Under the pieces are notes generated by a model, which was not told where the DNA came from, searched no databases, and saw only the letters and a list, made by a program, of their open reading frames with translations. Below, in pieces: positions 8,771-17,214 of a stretch of DNA of 52,758 bases. Every line of letters starts with the position of its first letter. The stretch's first letter is position 1. A program made the position numbers and the translations under genes. This DNA is from an uncultured Gammaproteobacteria bacterium (GTDB lineage Bacteria; Patescibacteriota; Microgenomatia; Levybacterales; UBA12049): positions 17,829-70,586 of the forward strand of contig CAZZCX010000005.1 of the NCBI GenBank assembly GCA_964653195.1, read 5' to 3'.

Positions 8771-9880
8771 TTATAAAGAATTAAGTTCTACTTTCGCATC
8801 TGACAAATTTTCGTTATAAAATACAGCTTTTTCAAATTCCGTTCTCGCTAAAGTTTTCCCCCCTTTTATTTTATATATTTTCCCTCTGATAATATAGACT
8901 TCAGAATAAGCGCGGTTATATCGATAAATGATATTATTTGTAATCGTAAATACCTTATCATAATTTCCTAACATGAAATAAGCTTCTACTGGCTCTAATT
9001 GATACCATAAAGTTCGAAATGGTATAAGATTTTCAACTTTCTCAAACTCATCTACTGATTTTTGGTATTCTTTAAGATAAAAGTATGCAACCGAGAGATT
9101 GAATCTGCTATATATATCATCTGGATTCGACTTCAGTTTTTCGATATTCCTAGATGCAGTTTTTTTCCATGCTACTTTTTCATTGATGTTTTCACCTATA
9201 ATTTTTTCTGCAATTTCCTTTTTTTCTTTCGGAACTAGTACTAAGTATTCGTAGTCGAATTTCTCCCACATCGTATTGAAATCAGAATATGAAAAAGATA
9301 AATTAGCACCAGTATAAGAATCATCCTGAATTATGGTTTGTGTCGTATCGTTAAAACCTTTTATCACGCGGTAGTGACCTATATCTTCGTTTATCTGCAA
9401 CCAAGTACGAGTAAGTATTGGGATATCATATGTTATAAACTTTTTCAAAAGTTCTATATCACCATTTGGTCTATGATATGTATGAAGTCCATATGTTTTT
9501 GCATGTTTTTCAATCTCCTCAATAGTAACTGATTTATCATCATTATCGCCAACAGGATTCTGGAAAGGTCTTAATATTTGCCCTAACTCTTGTTGGGATG
9601 CCGTGATTCGATAATACGAAAGTAGCATTGAGTAAGAAGCGGGACCACAGTTATTAAAAGTCTGTTTTACATAGTAGTTGTTATTTAATACTTTATTTTG
9701 AGGGATCTGTAATAAGGGAACAGTCATTGAGCTGGGAGTTTCATTCGTTTTGGTTGTAGCTGGATTTGTATGAGAACTATTCTGGTTTATGTCAGATTTT
9801 CTTTTCGAAAAAACAATAATAGAAATAGTAATTAAGTTTATGCAGATAATTACAAGTAATATGTAATTTATTTTTTTCAT
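8771..9880 (-). CDS. Peptidase C39-like (papain-fold) domain protein with C-terminal TPR repeats, membrane anchored
   Basis: N-terminal TM segment, catalytic-Cys context NNCGPASYSMLLSYY, and TPR-like repeats near the C-terminus. Confidence 0.65.
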   Translation of the reverse strand: MKKINYILLVIICINLITISIIVFSKRKSDINQNSSHTNPATTKTNETPSSMTVPLLQIPQNKVLNNNYYVKQTFNNCGPASYSMLLSYYRITASQQELGQILRPFQNPVGDNDDKSVTIEEIEKHAKTYGLHTYHRPNGDIELLKKFITYDIPILTRTWLQINEDIGHYRVIKGFNDTTQTIIQDDSYTGANLSFSYSDFNTMWEKFDYEYLVLVPKEKKEIAEKIIGENINEKVAWKKTASRNIEKLKSNPDDIYSRFNLSVAYFYLKEYQKSVDEFEKVENLIPFRTLWYQLEPVEAYFMLGNYDKVFTITNNIIYRYNRAYSEVYIIRGKIYKIKGGKTLARTEFEKAVFYNENLSDAKVELNSL

Positions 9881-10077
9881 AATCGCTATTGTAGCAAAAA
9901 TTTATTAGTTAGATATTTCTTTATATTAATACACGCTATTCAGCTTTATATTACAAATATCCTTCAATAAAAAGATTTGAAGAAAAAGTGATTGTATCTT
10001 TTCGATATATGTGATCGATCGTAAAGTACATGTTTGACTGGTATAATATATTTTGAAATTTTGCTATAGTTCTTTTT

Positions 10078-10662
10078 GTGAAGAAATTAATATTTTTGCT
10101 TATTTTCGTAATTGTTTTGGGAATTTTATCTTTATTTACTAAAACGAATGAAGAAAATGTAGCTAATAAGTTTGAAATAAAAAATGATTATTGGCTTGTG
10201 TTATATCGTAAGTCAAACAAAGAATTTTTATATTTAGGAATACCGGGAGATATGAAAAACAGTAAACTGATAAAAAGTTTTATTGTTAAGACGGGTATAC
10301 CAGGTGAGCGTCCGACGCCATTGCCAAAATTAGTTGAATTAGATTACTGGATTATCACCAAAAAAGCAGAATCATTTGAAAATCCTGAGACAGCACCATA
10401 TTTTTTGAGTCTGAATATTCCTGCTCCTACCGGTATTCCTTTCGGACCTGAGCCTTATTTGGAATGCGGAGGCATTCAGTGTCAATGGGAGCTGCCTGGT
10501 GAGTTTGGTTTACATGGTGTAAATGGAGATGAGTCGAAATTGGCAAGCGAAAATCCGGGGAGTTCAGGTTGTATCAGGCACAAAGATTCCGATATAACAT
10601 ATCTGTATAATCTTTTAAATCCAACAAAAGAAGAAATTAGGTATTACATAGAAGACATTTAG
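10078..10662 (+). CDS. L,D-transpeptidase (YkuD) domain protein
   Basis: GLHGVNGDES...NPGSSGCIRHKDSD carries the H...SxGCIR active-site motif. GTG start and signal anchor. Confidence 0.8.
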   Translation: MKKLIFLLIFVIVLGILSLFTKTNEENVANKFEIKNDYWLVLYRKSNKEFLYLGIPGDMKNSKLIKSFIVKTGIPGERPTPLPKLVELDYWIITKKAESFENPETAPYFLSLNIPAPTGIPFGPEPYLECGGIQCQWELPGEFGLHGVNGDESKLASENPGSSGCIRHKDSDITYLYNLLNPTKEEIRYYIEDI

Positions 10663-10820
10663 AGAGTATAAAAATCTTTATTTTTAGGTGTCAATTAATT
10701 CATTAATTTTTAATTTCGAAAATATATGGAGATTGGAAAATAGATACTGGATATTTTTCTTTCAGCTGCATTTCAGCCACGATGATATAATTTAAGCTAA
10801 AATACGCGCAATTCATAAAT

Positions 10821-11495
10821 ATGAAAGTATTAGTTATCGAGGATGAGCATAAAATAGCACAGTCTATAAAAAGGGGACTTGAGTCGGAAAATTTTATTGT
10901 TGATATCGCGTTTGACGGTACAACAGGACTTGACCTCGCATTAGCTGAAGAATACGATGCGATAATTCTTGATCGGCTTTTGCCAGGAGTAGATGGTATT
11001 ACTATAGCCAAAAATTTAAGGAAAAACTTTAATCACACACCTATACTAATGCTTACAGCGAAAGAGCAGATTGAAGATAGGGTAGAAGGATTAGATTCGG
11101 GTGCAGATGATTATTTGTCAAAACCCTTTGCATTTTCAGAATTGGTTGCAAGAATTCGTGCTTTAATCAGAAGGCCAAAGGAATTTAAGAATCCTGTTTT
11201 GACAATCGGTGATTTATCTTTACATACTCAGACTTATGAAGTAAAAAGGTCAGGAAAAAGTATAAATCTAACATCTAAAGAATACTCACTTTTAGAATAC
11301 CTCATGAGAAACAAAGAAAAAATAATTACCAAGGATCAAATTATAAATCACGTTTGGAGTTATGATGATGATGTATTGCCAAATACAGTAGAGGTGTGGA
11401 TACTTCATCTGCGTAAAAAAATTGATAAAGCATTTCCGCACAATAAGCCATTGATTCACACTGTAAGAGGATTCGGATACAAGATCGTAAAATAA
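10821..11495 (+). CDS. OmpR/PhoB-family response regulator
   Basis: Receiver domain (VLVIEDE...ILDRLLPGVDG...LTAK) plus winged-helix output (TVRGFGYKI). Confidence 0.9.
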   Translation: MKVLVIEDEHKIAQSIKRGLESENFIVDIAFDGTTGLDLALAEEYDAIILDRLLPGVDGITIAKNLRKNFNHTPILMLTAKEQIEDRVEGLDSGADDYLSKPFAFSELVARIRALIRRPKEFKNPVLTIGDLSLHTQTYEVKRSGKSINLTSKEYSLLEYLMRNKEKIITKDQIINHVWSYDDDVLPNTVEVWILHLRKKIDKAFPHNKPLIHTVRGFGYKIVK

Positions 11496-11598
11496 AAAAT
11501 CAAAAATTAGAAATAAAAAATACAGACTAAATTTGAAAAATATTTTAATTATTATTTTTTGTTTTTGAGATTTTATTTTTAATATTTAATTTACTAAC
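11496..11598. repeat. Q-family AT-rich intercistronic element, copy 1
   Basis: It fills the entire gap between the RR stop and the HK GTG. It shares AAAAATTAGAAAT at the 5' end (11502-11514) and a 21-nt identical 3' end TTATTTTTAATATTTAATTTA (11573-11593) with the copy at 49055-49163. Confidence 0.8.
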
Positions 11599-12615
11599 GT
11601 GTTTCATTCAGCAAAACTTAAATTAACCGCTTGGTATCTTCTCATCATCATGATTATAAGCGTGATGTTCAGTATCGGCATTTTCAGAATTTTGAGCATG
11701 GAGCTAGATCGCATCGCTTATCAGAGAAGAATTAGATTTGAGCAGGTTGAGTCAGATTGGAGACTACCTTATACGTTACGTAACTATCTGATGAACAGAC
11801 TTGATCCTGAAGTGATAAGTGAAGCAAAAGGAAGGTTAGCGTCGCAACTTATTTTAATTAATGGTGGTATTTTGATAGCTGCAAGTCTTGCAGGATACTT
11901 TCTAGCCGGTAGAACATTAAAACCAATTCAGCAAATGGTAGATGATCAGAAACGGTTTATAGCTGATGCCTCACATGAGCTTAGAACCCCACTTACTTCG
12001 TTGCGATCTGAAATAGAAGTTGGCTTGATGGATGAAAAAATGAACTTAAATGACACAAAGGTTTTATTGAAAAGCAATCTTGAGGAAGTCATCAAATTAC
12101 AGTCTCTAACTGACAAGCTTTTGACTTTGGCAAAAAAGAACGATGTTTCAATCCAGCAAGTATACAAACGAGTATCGCTAAAGTTATGTCTAGATAATGC
12201 GATAAAGAAATTGAATGGATCTTTTAAGAAAAAAAACATTGTGCTTAAAAAAGATATAAAAGAAATTTATATAAATGCGAAGGAAGATCGAATAACCGAA
12301 TTGTTCGTCATACTTTTAGATAACGCTATGAAATATAGTTTGGTAAATAGTGAAATTAAAATTACTCTAAAAATATGGCGAGGCATGGCATACGCATCTA
12401 TAAAAGATTATGGCATTGGTATATCAAAAAAAGAGTTACCTCATATTTTTGATAGATTTTATCGTGCTGATTTATCAAGAACTGCAACTGTCGCCTCAGG
12501 CTTCGGATTGGGTTTGTCGATTGCTAGAGATATAGTAAAGGATCATTCAGGAAGTATCTATGTAAAAAGTAAAGAAAAAAAAGGATCTGAATTTATAGTG
12601 AAATTTCCTCTTTAA
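11599..12615 (+). CDS. Sensor histidine kinase (HisKA + HATPase_c)
   Basis: Two TM segments, H-box FIADASHELRTPLT, N box LLDNAMKY, and G boxes DYGIGI / GFGLGLSI. Confidence 0.9.
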   Translation: MFHSAKLKLTAWYLLIIMIISVMFSIGIFRILSMELDRIAYQRRIRFEQVESDWRLPYTLRNYLMNRLDPEVISEAKGRLASQLILINGGILIAASLAGYFLAGRTLKPIQQMVDDQKRFIADASHELRTPLTSLRSEIEVGLMDEKMNLNDTKVLLKSNLEEVIKLQSLTDKLLTLAKKNDVSIQQVYKRVSLKLCLDNAIKKLNGSFKKKNIVLKKDIKEIYINAKEDRITELFVILLDNAMKYSLVNSEIKITLKIWRGMAYASIKDYGIGISKKELPHIFDRFYRADLSRTATVASGFGLGLSIARDIVKDHSGSIYVKSKEKKGSEFIVKFPL

Positions 12616-12661
12616 GCATTTTTTCAGCTACAAATTATAATATAAAAAGTAATTATATATT

Positions 12662-12721
12662 TATTCTTGGAGCAAAGTGTGAAGTTATAGGGTGTATAGT
12701 TCTCATATAATTCGAACAATA
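12662..12721 (+). repeat. A-family palindromic MITE-like element, copy A1
   Basis: TATTCTTGGA...GTGAAGTTA...TAGTTCTCA...TCGAACAATA. Its ends are near-inverted repeats of each other. Confidence 0.7.
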
Positions 12722-12760
12722 TATTTCGAAAGGTCGCCAAGTTAAAACTTCGGCGAGGTG

Positions 12761-12832
12761 ACCCGCCTAAGCTAACTTTGGAACTTTTTAATACTATTCG
12801 TATACGTTCCAAAGAGCGCTTGAACGGCGGGC
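12761..12832 (+). repeat. B-family structured element, copy B1
   Basis: ACCCGCCTAA...CTTTGGAAC...TACTATTCGTA...GTTCCAAAGAGCG.TTGA.CGGCGGG, with nested stems cccgcc/ggcggg and ctttggaac/gttccaaag. Second copy at 20010-20080. Confidence 0.7.
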
Positions 12833-12851
12833 GAGGAGGGGGGTGATAAAG

Positions 12852-13328
12852 ATGAATAAAAAATATATTTTACCGGCAATTACCATCTTAGCAGCAGGAG
12901 CGATGCTTTTTGGTGCTACAACTACTTATGCGAATACTTATGATGCGCAAACATTTGTTCAGAAACTTGCGGTCAAGCTTGGAGTGTCGGAAGATAAAGT
13001 CCAAAATGCTGTAAATGATTTGAGAACTGAAAGGCAATCGGAAATGCAGAAAAAGCTTGAAGAAAAATTGACACAAGCCGTGAAAGACGGGAAAATTACC
13101 GAATCCCAAAAATCGGCGATTTTGGCAAAACATAAAGAAATGCAAGCAAAGCACATATCGAATAGAGATGTATTTAAAGATATGACTGTCGAAGAGAGAA
13201 GAAGTGCGATGCAAAAAGAAAGAGATGAATTAAAGATTTGGGCTGATGAGCAAAATATAGATTTAAAAGAGTTATTAGGAATTAAGGGTAAATGGGGAAT
13301 GGGGTGGAAGATGAAAATGATGCATTAA
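12852..13328 (+). CDS. Secreted helical Lys/Glu/Gln-rich protein, hypothetical
   Basis: SD GGAGGGGGG lies 8-10 nt upstream of ATG 12852. Signal peptide MNKKYILPAITILAAGAMLFGATTTYA. It sits downstream of the two-component system. Confidence 0.7.
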   Translation: MNKKYILPAITILAAGAMLFGATTTYANTYDAQTFVQKLAVKLGVSEDKVQNAVNDLRTERQSEMQKKLEEKLTQAVKDGKITESQKSAILAKHKEMQAKHISNRDVFKDMTVEERRSAMQKERDELKIWADEQNIDLKELLGIKGKWGMGWKMKMMH

Positions 13329-13343
13329 ATCTGACACTTTTTT

Positions 13344-13379
13344 CAGCAAACACCGGCAGAAATGCTTGGTGTTCTGCTG
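13344..13379 (+). terminator. Putative intrinsic terminator
   Basis: Stem cagcaaacacc/ggtgttctgctg (11 bp, one bulge), 16 nt after the stop and followed by A/T-rich sequence. Confidence 0.45.
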
Positions 13380-13404
13380 TAATTATTAATTATCCATTTT
13401 ATAT

Positions 13405-13429
13405 GTCATCCTGAACTTGATTCAGGATC
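13405..13429. repeat. P-family palindromic repeat, half copy P1
   Basis: GTCATCCTGAACTTGATTCAGGATC with 8-bp stem atcctgaa/ttcaggat. Related copies at 17921 and 22444. Confidence 0.85.
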
Positions 13430-13492
13430 CTTATAGTTTTATATATACTTAAGAATTATATGAATTAATTAGTTTTATATTATAATTCGATT

Positions 13493-14623
13493 ATGGAAAA
13501 TAATTTAACAGATTTATCCACTGAAAATGTACAAGAAAAAGTAATTTCAATACAAACAAATAAATTACACAAAATTATATTTTATAGTTTGATTTCAGTT
13601 ATTTTAGTAGTTGTTTTCGGTTATGTAGTTTTAACTTTAAAGTCGAAAACAAGCTCGTTCAATCCTCAAATAACTCAAACAAAAAAAATTACTAAAGATA
13701 TTAAAGCATCAGTTACTCCCATACCTTTTGCAGAACTTACGATTCCTTATCTTCGCAATAAAAAATATATAAGTAAGTTAGGAGAACTGAATCAGGTATC
13801 CGTGGGATCTTATTATAAATCATTTATAACTTATTACACATCAGATGGGCTACGGGTAAACGGATTATTGACTGTACCAAATGAAGAAATGCCGCAGGAA
13901 GGTTTTCCGGCAATTGTTTTCGTACATGGTTATATACCGCCTGCAATATATTCAACAACGAGTGAAGCTTATTTTGCGTATGTCGATTATCTCGCAAGTT
14001 CTGGATTTGTGGTTTTCAAAATTGATCTGAGGGGACATGGCTCATCTGAGGGAGAGGCAGGAGGAGGTTATTATGGATCGGATTATGTGTCAGATATTCT
14101 TCATGCATATAATGCCCTAGAGAATCTCGAATATGTGAATCCAAAAAAGATCGGTTTATGGGGGCATAGTATGAGTGGAAATGCTGTTTTGAGAAGTATG
14201 GCTGCTCGACCTGAAATACCGGCAGGAGTGATATGGGCAGGTGCAGTATATACCTATGTAGATATGCAGAAGTATGGAATCAGTGATTCAAGTTATCAAC
14301 CACCTGTCTCTAATATTCAACGTCAAAATAGACGTAGGGAATTATTTGAAAAGTATGGGAGCCCAAGTGCGACCAGTGCGTTTTGGAAGCAAGTGGCACC
14401 GACTAATTATTTATTTGATTTGAAAGGCGCAATAAGTCTTCATCATGCAGTGGATGACTCAGTCGTAAATATCGGCTACAGTCGTGATTTAAATGGTCTA
14501 CTTGATGACACAAGTGTTGAGCATGAATTGTATGAATACGATTCTGGCGGACATAATATCTCAGGTAGTAGTTTCACTCTCGCAATGCAAAGAACTGTAG
14601 AATTCTTCAAAAAACATTTGTAA
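13493..14623 (+). CDS. Alpha/beta hydrolase (S9 peptidase / dienelactone-hydrolase-like), membrane anchored
   Basis: TM anchor, nucleophile elbow GLWGHSMSG, and downstream D and H candidates (HHAVDD, GGHN). Confidence 0.75.
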   Translation: MENNLTDLSTENVQEKVISIQTNKLHKIIFYSLISVILVVVFGYVVLTLKSKTSSFNPQITQTKKITKDIKASVTPIPFAELTIPYLRNKKYISKLGELNQVSVGSYYKSFITYYTSDGLRVNGLLTVPNEEMPQEGFPAIVFVHGYIPPAIYSTTSEAYFAYVDYLASSGFVVFKIDLRGHGSSEGEAGGGYYGSDYVSDILHAYNALENLEYVNPKKIGLWGHSMSGNAVLRSMAARPEIPAGVIWAGAVYTYVDMQKYGISDSSYQPPVSNIQRQNRRRELFEKYGSPSATSAFWKQVAPTNYLFDLKGAISLHHAVDDSVVNIGYSRDLNGLLDDTSVEHELYEYDSGGHNISGSSFTLAMQRTVEFFKKHL

Positions 14624-14629
14624 TGGTAA

Positions 14630-14735
14630 TATTCTTCGAGCGAAGCGAGAAGTAAACAGCAGTAGTTCTCATTTCATTCGAACAATAAATACTATTCTTC
14701 GAAGCGTGAAGCGCTGAGAAGTAAAGTGCAATAAT
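14630..14735 (+). repeat. A-family elements A2a (14630-14687) and truncated A2b (14693-14735)
   Basis: TATTCTTCGAgcgaagcGAGAAGTAAacagcagTAGTTCTCAtttcaTTCGAACAATA followed by a second, truncated unit that ends at the GIY-YIG ATG. Confidence 0.85.
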
Positions 14736-14993
14736 ATGCCCAAGAGATGGAAGTGGTACGTATATATTTTAGAGTGCTTAGATGGATTTTACTATACAGG
14801 TATTACTTGGAATTTAGATTTAAGAATGGAACAACATAAAAGCGGGATTGGTAGTAATTTTACTAAAAAACATGGATTTAAAAAGCTTCGTTATTTTGAG
14901 GAATTTTTTGATTTAATACAAGCAAGAGAAAGAGAAATTCAACTTAAGGACTATAGTAGAAAGAAAAAAGAAGCTTTATTTTTAAGGCAATAG
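14736..14993 (+). CDS. GIY-YIG nuclease superfamily protein (small, stand-alone)
   Basis: WYVYILECLDGFYYTGITWNLDLRMEQHKSG...FTKKH carries the GIY/YIG-type beta-hairpin motifs plus a conserved Arg and Glu region. Confidence 0.85.
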   Translation: MPKRWKWYVYILECLDGFYYTGITWNLDLRMEQHKSGIGSNFTKKHGFKKLRYFEEFFDLIQAREREIQLKDYSRKKKEALFLRQ

Positions 14994-14998
14994 GAATA

Positions 14999-15127
14999 TA
15001 TTCTTCGAGCGAAGCGAGAAGTAACCAGCAGTAGTTCTCATTTCATTCGCACAATAAATACCATTCTTCGAGCCAAGCGAGAAGTAGTGAGAAGTTAATA
15101 ATTAGTTCTTGTTTTACTCGAACAATA
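14999..15127 (+). repeat. A-family elements A3a (14999-15056) and A3b (15062-15127)
   Basis: A3a is nearly identical to A2a (58 nt, 2 differences). A3b resembles the reverse complement of copy A5. Confidence 0.85.
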
Positions 15128-15129
15128 TA

Positions 15130-15513
15130 TCATTCTTTCAAAAGTGTAGGTAATTTTTGATCCTTTGGTATAAACTTTATTGAAAGTGAATTCACACAAT
15201 GCCTCGTATTTTTGTCTGTCATAAATTCACCGGTGAATACATGGCCTAAGTGGCCGTCACAATTAGCGCATACTATTTCAGTTCTGCTTCCGTCAGAATC
15301 CGGTATTCTTTTTACGGCATTTGGAAAATCTTCATCAAATGCGGGCCAGCCGCAGTGGGCGTCGAATTTGGATTTGGACGAGAAAAGGGGAGAGTTGCAT
15401 CTTCTGCAGATGAAAGTTCCTTCTTCATAAAAATCATCGTATTCGCCTGAAAATGGTGCTTCGGTACCTTTATATACAATTATATTCTTTTCTTCGGGTG
15501 TGAGTTTATTCAT
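15130..15513 (-). CDS. msrB: Peptide-methionine (R)-S-oxide reductase
   Basis: Zn-binding CxxC pairs (CRRCNSPLF, CANCDGHLGHVF) and the CGWPAF motif. Confidence 0.9.
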   Translation of the reverse strand: MNKLTPEEKNIIVYKGTEAPFSGEYDDFYEEGTFICRRCNSPLFSSKSKFDAHCGWPAFDEDFPNAVKRIPDSDGSRTEIVCANCDGHLGHVFTGEFMTDKNTRHCVNSLSIKFIPKDQKLPTLLKE

Positions 15514-15517
15514 TCTT

Positions 15518-15910
15518 CTACTGAACTGGTGGGAGGTTAAGGTGTTTCTCGATTCGTTTTATTCTTTCATTATGTAGTTCATATCCTCCCTCAATAAGCT
15601 CAGTAAGTGCTTCTATCGTTTCTTGTTGAGAAATTTCAATTCTTTGCTCAAGACTTCTATGTACTTTATCTACTTTACTATTTATCGTTTCAACTTTTAA
15701 TTCTAGAGTTTTTTGTCTATCTTCTACATTACCAAGTCTATCTTCTACATTACCAAGTCTATCTTCTACATTACCAAGTCTATCTTCTACATTACCCAAG
15801 CGACTTTTTACCTCGCCCAAGTCTTGTTTGATTGGTTTAAGTTTTTGATCAAGTTTTTCATCAATCATTTCACCAATTTGTTGTAGTAGTTGTTTGTTAT
15901 CCATGATCAT
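15518..15910 (-). CDS. Coiled-coil protein with (LGNVEDR)x4 tandem repeat, hypothetical
   Basis: A 21-nt unit gtctatcttctacattaccaa occurs four times (15715-15798 on the + strand). The stop is 4 nt upstream of the msrB start. Confidence 0.7.
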   Translation of the reverse strand: MIMDNKQLLQQIGEMIDEKLDQKLKPIKQDLGEVKSRLGNVEDRLGNVEDRLGNVEDRLGNVEDRQKTLELKVETINSKVDKVHRSLEQRIEISQQETIEALTELIEGGYELHNERIKRIEKHLNLPPVQ

Positions 15911-16065
15911 ATACTACACATCGTGAAGTGAGTTTTCAATATAACAAAACATATTAATTTGTGTAAGTGTAAATTTACCGAGGTGTCTTATCGGGGATAC
16001 CTCTAAGATTTGCTACAAGTTAGTTGTTGTGAATTGATATATTATTTATAATATAGACTTAAGGT

Positions 16066-16698
16066 ATGGGAAAAGAAAAAGAGAAATCAGGAGGAGAACA
16101 GGATAAATTTAATATTTTGGCAGCTGCGAGAGATTTTGTGAATTCACTTCCAGACTATGAAGGCGATATTATTGAGCAGGCTGAAGCTATAGCTGCGAGA
16201 GTAGAGTTAAGGGATTTAATGGATAGAATGGGAGATAAGTTTGCAGAATATCTGAAGCAATATCCCGATCTTATAAAGGGGACAGCTTCTGTTTTTGCAT
16301 TGCCTTATTTAGATGCGCTTGATACCTTGGATGAAGAATTTGAGGTAAGAATGACAGAAGCAGAAGGTGAGGATCCGGATAGATTAAGGGATATTAAAAG
16401 AGAAAAGCAGTTAAGATACAATGACACAGCTTTAGAGGCATTAGGTACAGGTGTTGCATTGCTACGGGCAGGTAATCAATGGTCAAGGTTGCCTGGTGGT
16501 GAGCAGCTTACAAAACCGAGTCCTTTTGAAATAAGCACCGTTTTTATACATGTAGTTTCAGAGCGCTTAGGTGATCAGCAGATGGCAGCTCCTATCGGTT
16601 GGGATTTGTTGGTAAACGGTATGTTTGGGGTTACAGGGGTAAGCGTAGATCAAAGCATCAGAGATACCAGAGCTTATCTAAAAGGTTCTGATAAATAA
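16066..16698 (+). CDS. Acidic cytosolic orphan protein (210 aa)
   Basis: Clean ORF with TATAAT and AAGG upstream. No TM segment, no signal peptide, no recognisable motif. Confidence 0.6.
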   Translation: MGKEKEKSGGEQDKFNILAAARDFVNSLPDYEGDIIEQAEAIAARVELRDLMDRMGDKFAEYLKQYPDLIKGTASVFALPYLDALDTLDEEFEVRMTEAEGEDPDRLRDIKREKQLRYNDTALEALGTGVALLRAGNQWSRLPGGEQLTKPSPFEISTVFIHVVSERLGDQQMAAPIGWDLLVNGMFGVTGVSVDQSIRDTRAYLKGSDK

Positions 16699-16913
16699 AT
16701 ATCAATTCATAAGAGGATAGCCTTCAGATGTTTAAAAAAGCATGGGTAAGGTATGCTTTAGAGATTTGTCTCCCAAAGATTACTCTTTAGGAGACTCCTC
16801 ACCCACACTTTCCTAAACATCTAATTTTAATAATTCCTATTTGTACTTTCTATCGAGAAAGTACCAAAGCTTGAGAGCTAGTGAGAGTCGACCGGTTTTG
16901 TTTCGTTCTCTCC

Positions 16914-16979
16914 TCGGGGAATTGTCCACCCCTTTCCTTCACTCTCCGCCTTGGGCGGATCGAAAGGGATTTCCCCTGA
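16914..16979. repeat. C-family 66-nt conserved core, copy C1
   Basis: TCGGGGAATTGTCCACCCCTTTCCTTCACTCTCCGCCTTGGGCGGATCGAAAGGGATTTCCCCTGA. About 88% identical to 17524-17589, with nested stems. Confidence 0.8.
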
Positions 16980-17074
16980 GTCGTTCACGTCACAAAACTA
17001 TTTCGGTCTTTGTCTCAACGCTCGCATTTTAGCTTCGTTCAAAGCTCACAATAATTTAAATTGTTAATTACTTT

Positions 17075-17122
17075 TATTGTTCGAACAAAGCGAGAACTAC
17101 TTCTTACTTCATTTGAAGAATA
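17075..17122 (-). repeat. A-family element, copy A4 (reverse orientation, shortened)
   Basis: TATTGTTCGAACAAAGCGAGAACTACTTCTTACTTCATTTGAAGAATA is the reverse complement of the A consensus. Confidence 0.7.
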
Positions 17123-17135
17123 AATTTGTAAGGGT

Positions 17136-17160
17136 GCGGGCTGGTTTTTGACCAGCCCGC
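17136..17160. terminator. Perfect 10-bp GC-rich hairpin (terminator-like)
   Basis: gcgggctggt-ttttg-accagcccgc, followed by tatttaatt on the + strand. It lies 3' of the minus-strand 38-aa ORF. Confidence 0.45.
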
Positions 17161-17214
17161 TATTTAATTGTAGGTAAGTTTTACCATTGTCGGGCGCATT
17201 TGCCCGACTTTGGC

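Noticed and set aside
16841-17032. 63-aa ORF over the C1 repeat. The same applies to 19360-19620, 19647-19844 and 12624-12812 (minus strand) over other repeat copies
   Set aside because: These are translations of dispersed repeat or hairpin DNA, with Arg/Ser/Leu-rich low-complexity products. The frames are not preserved between repeat copies (C1 versus C2; A1/B1 versus A5/B2).
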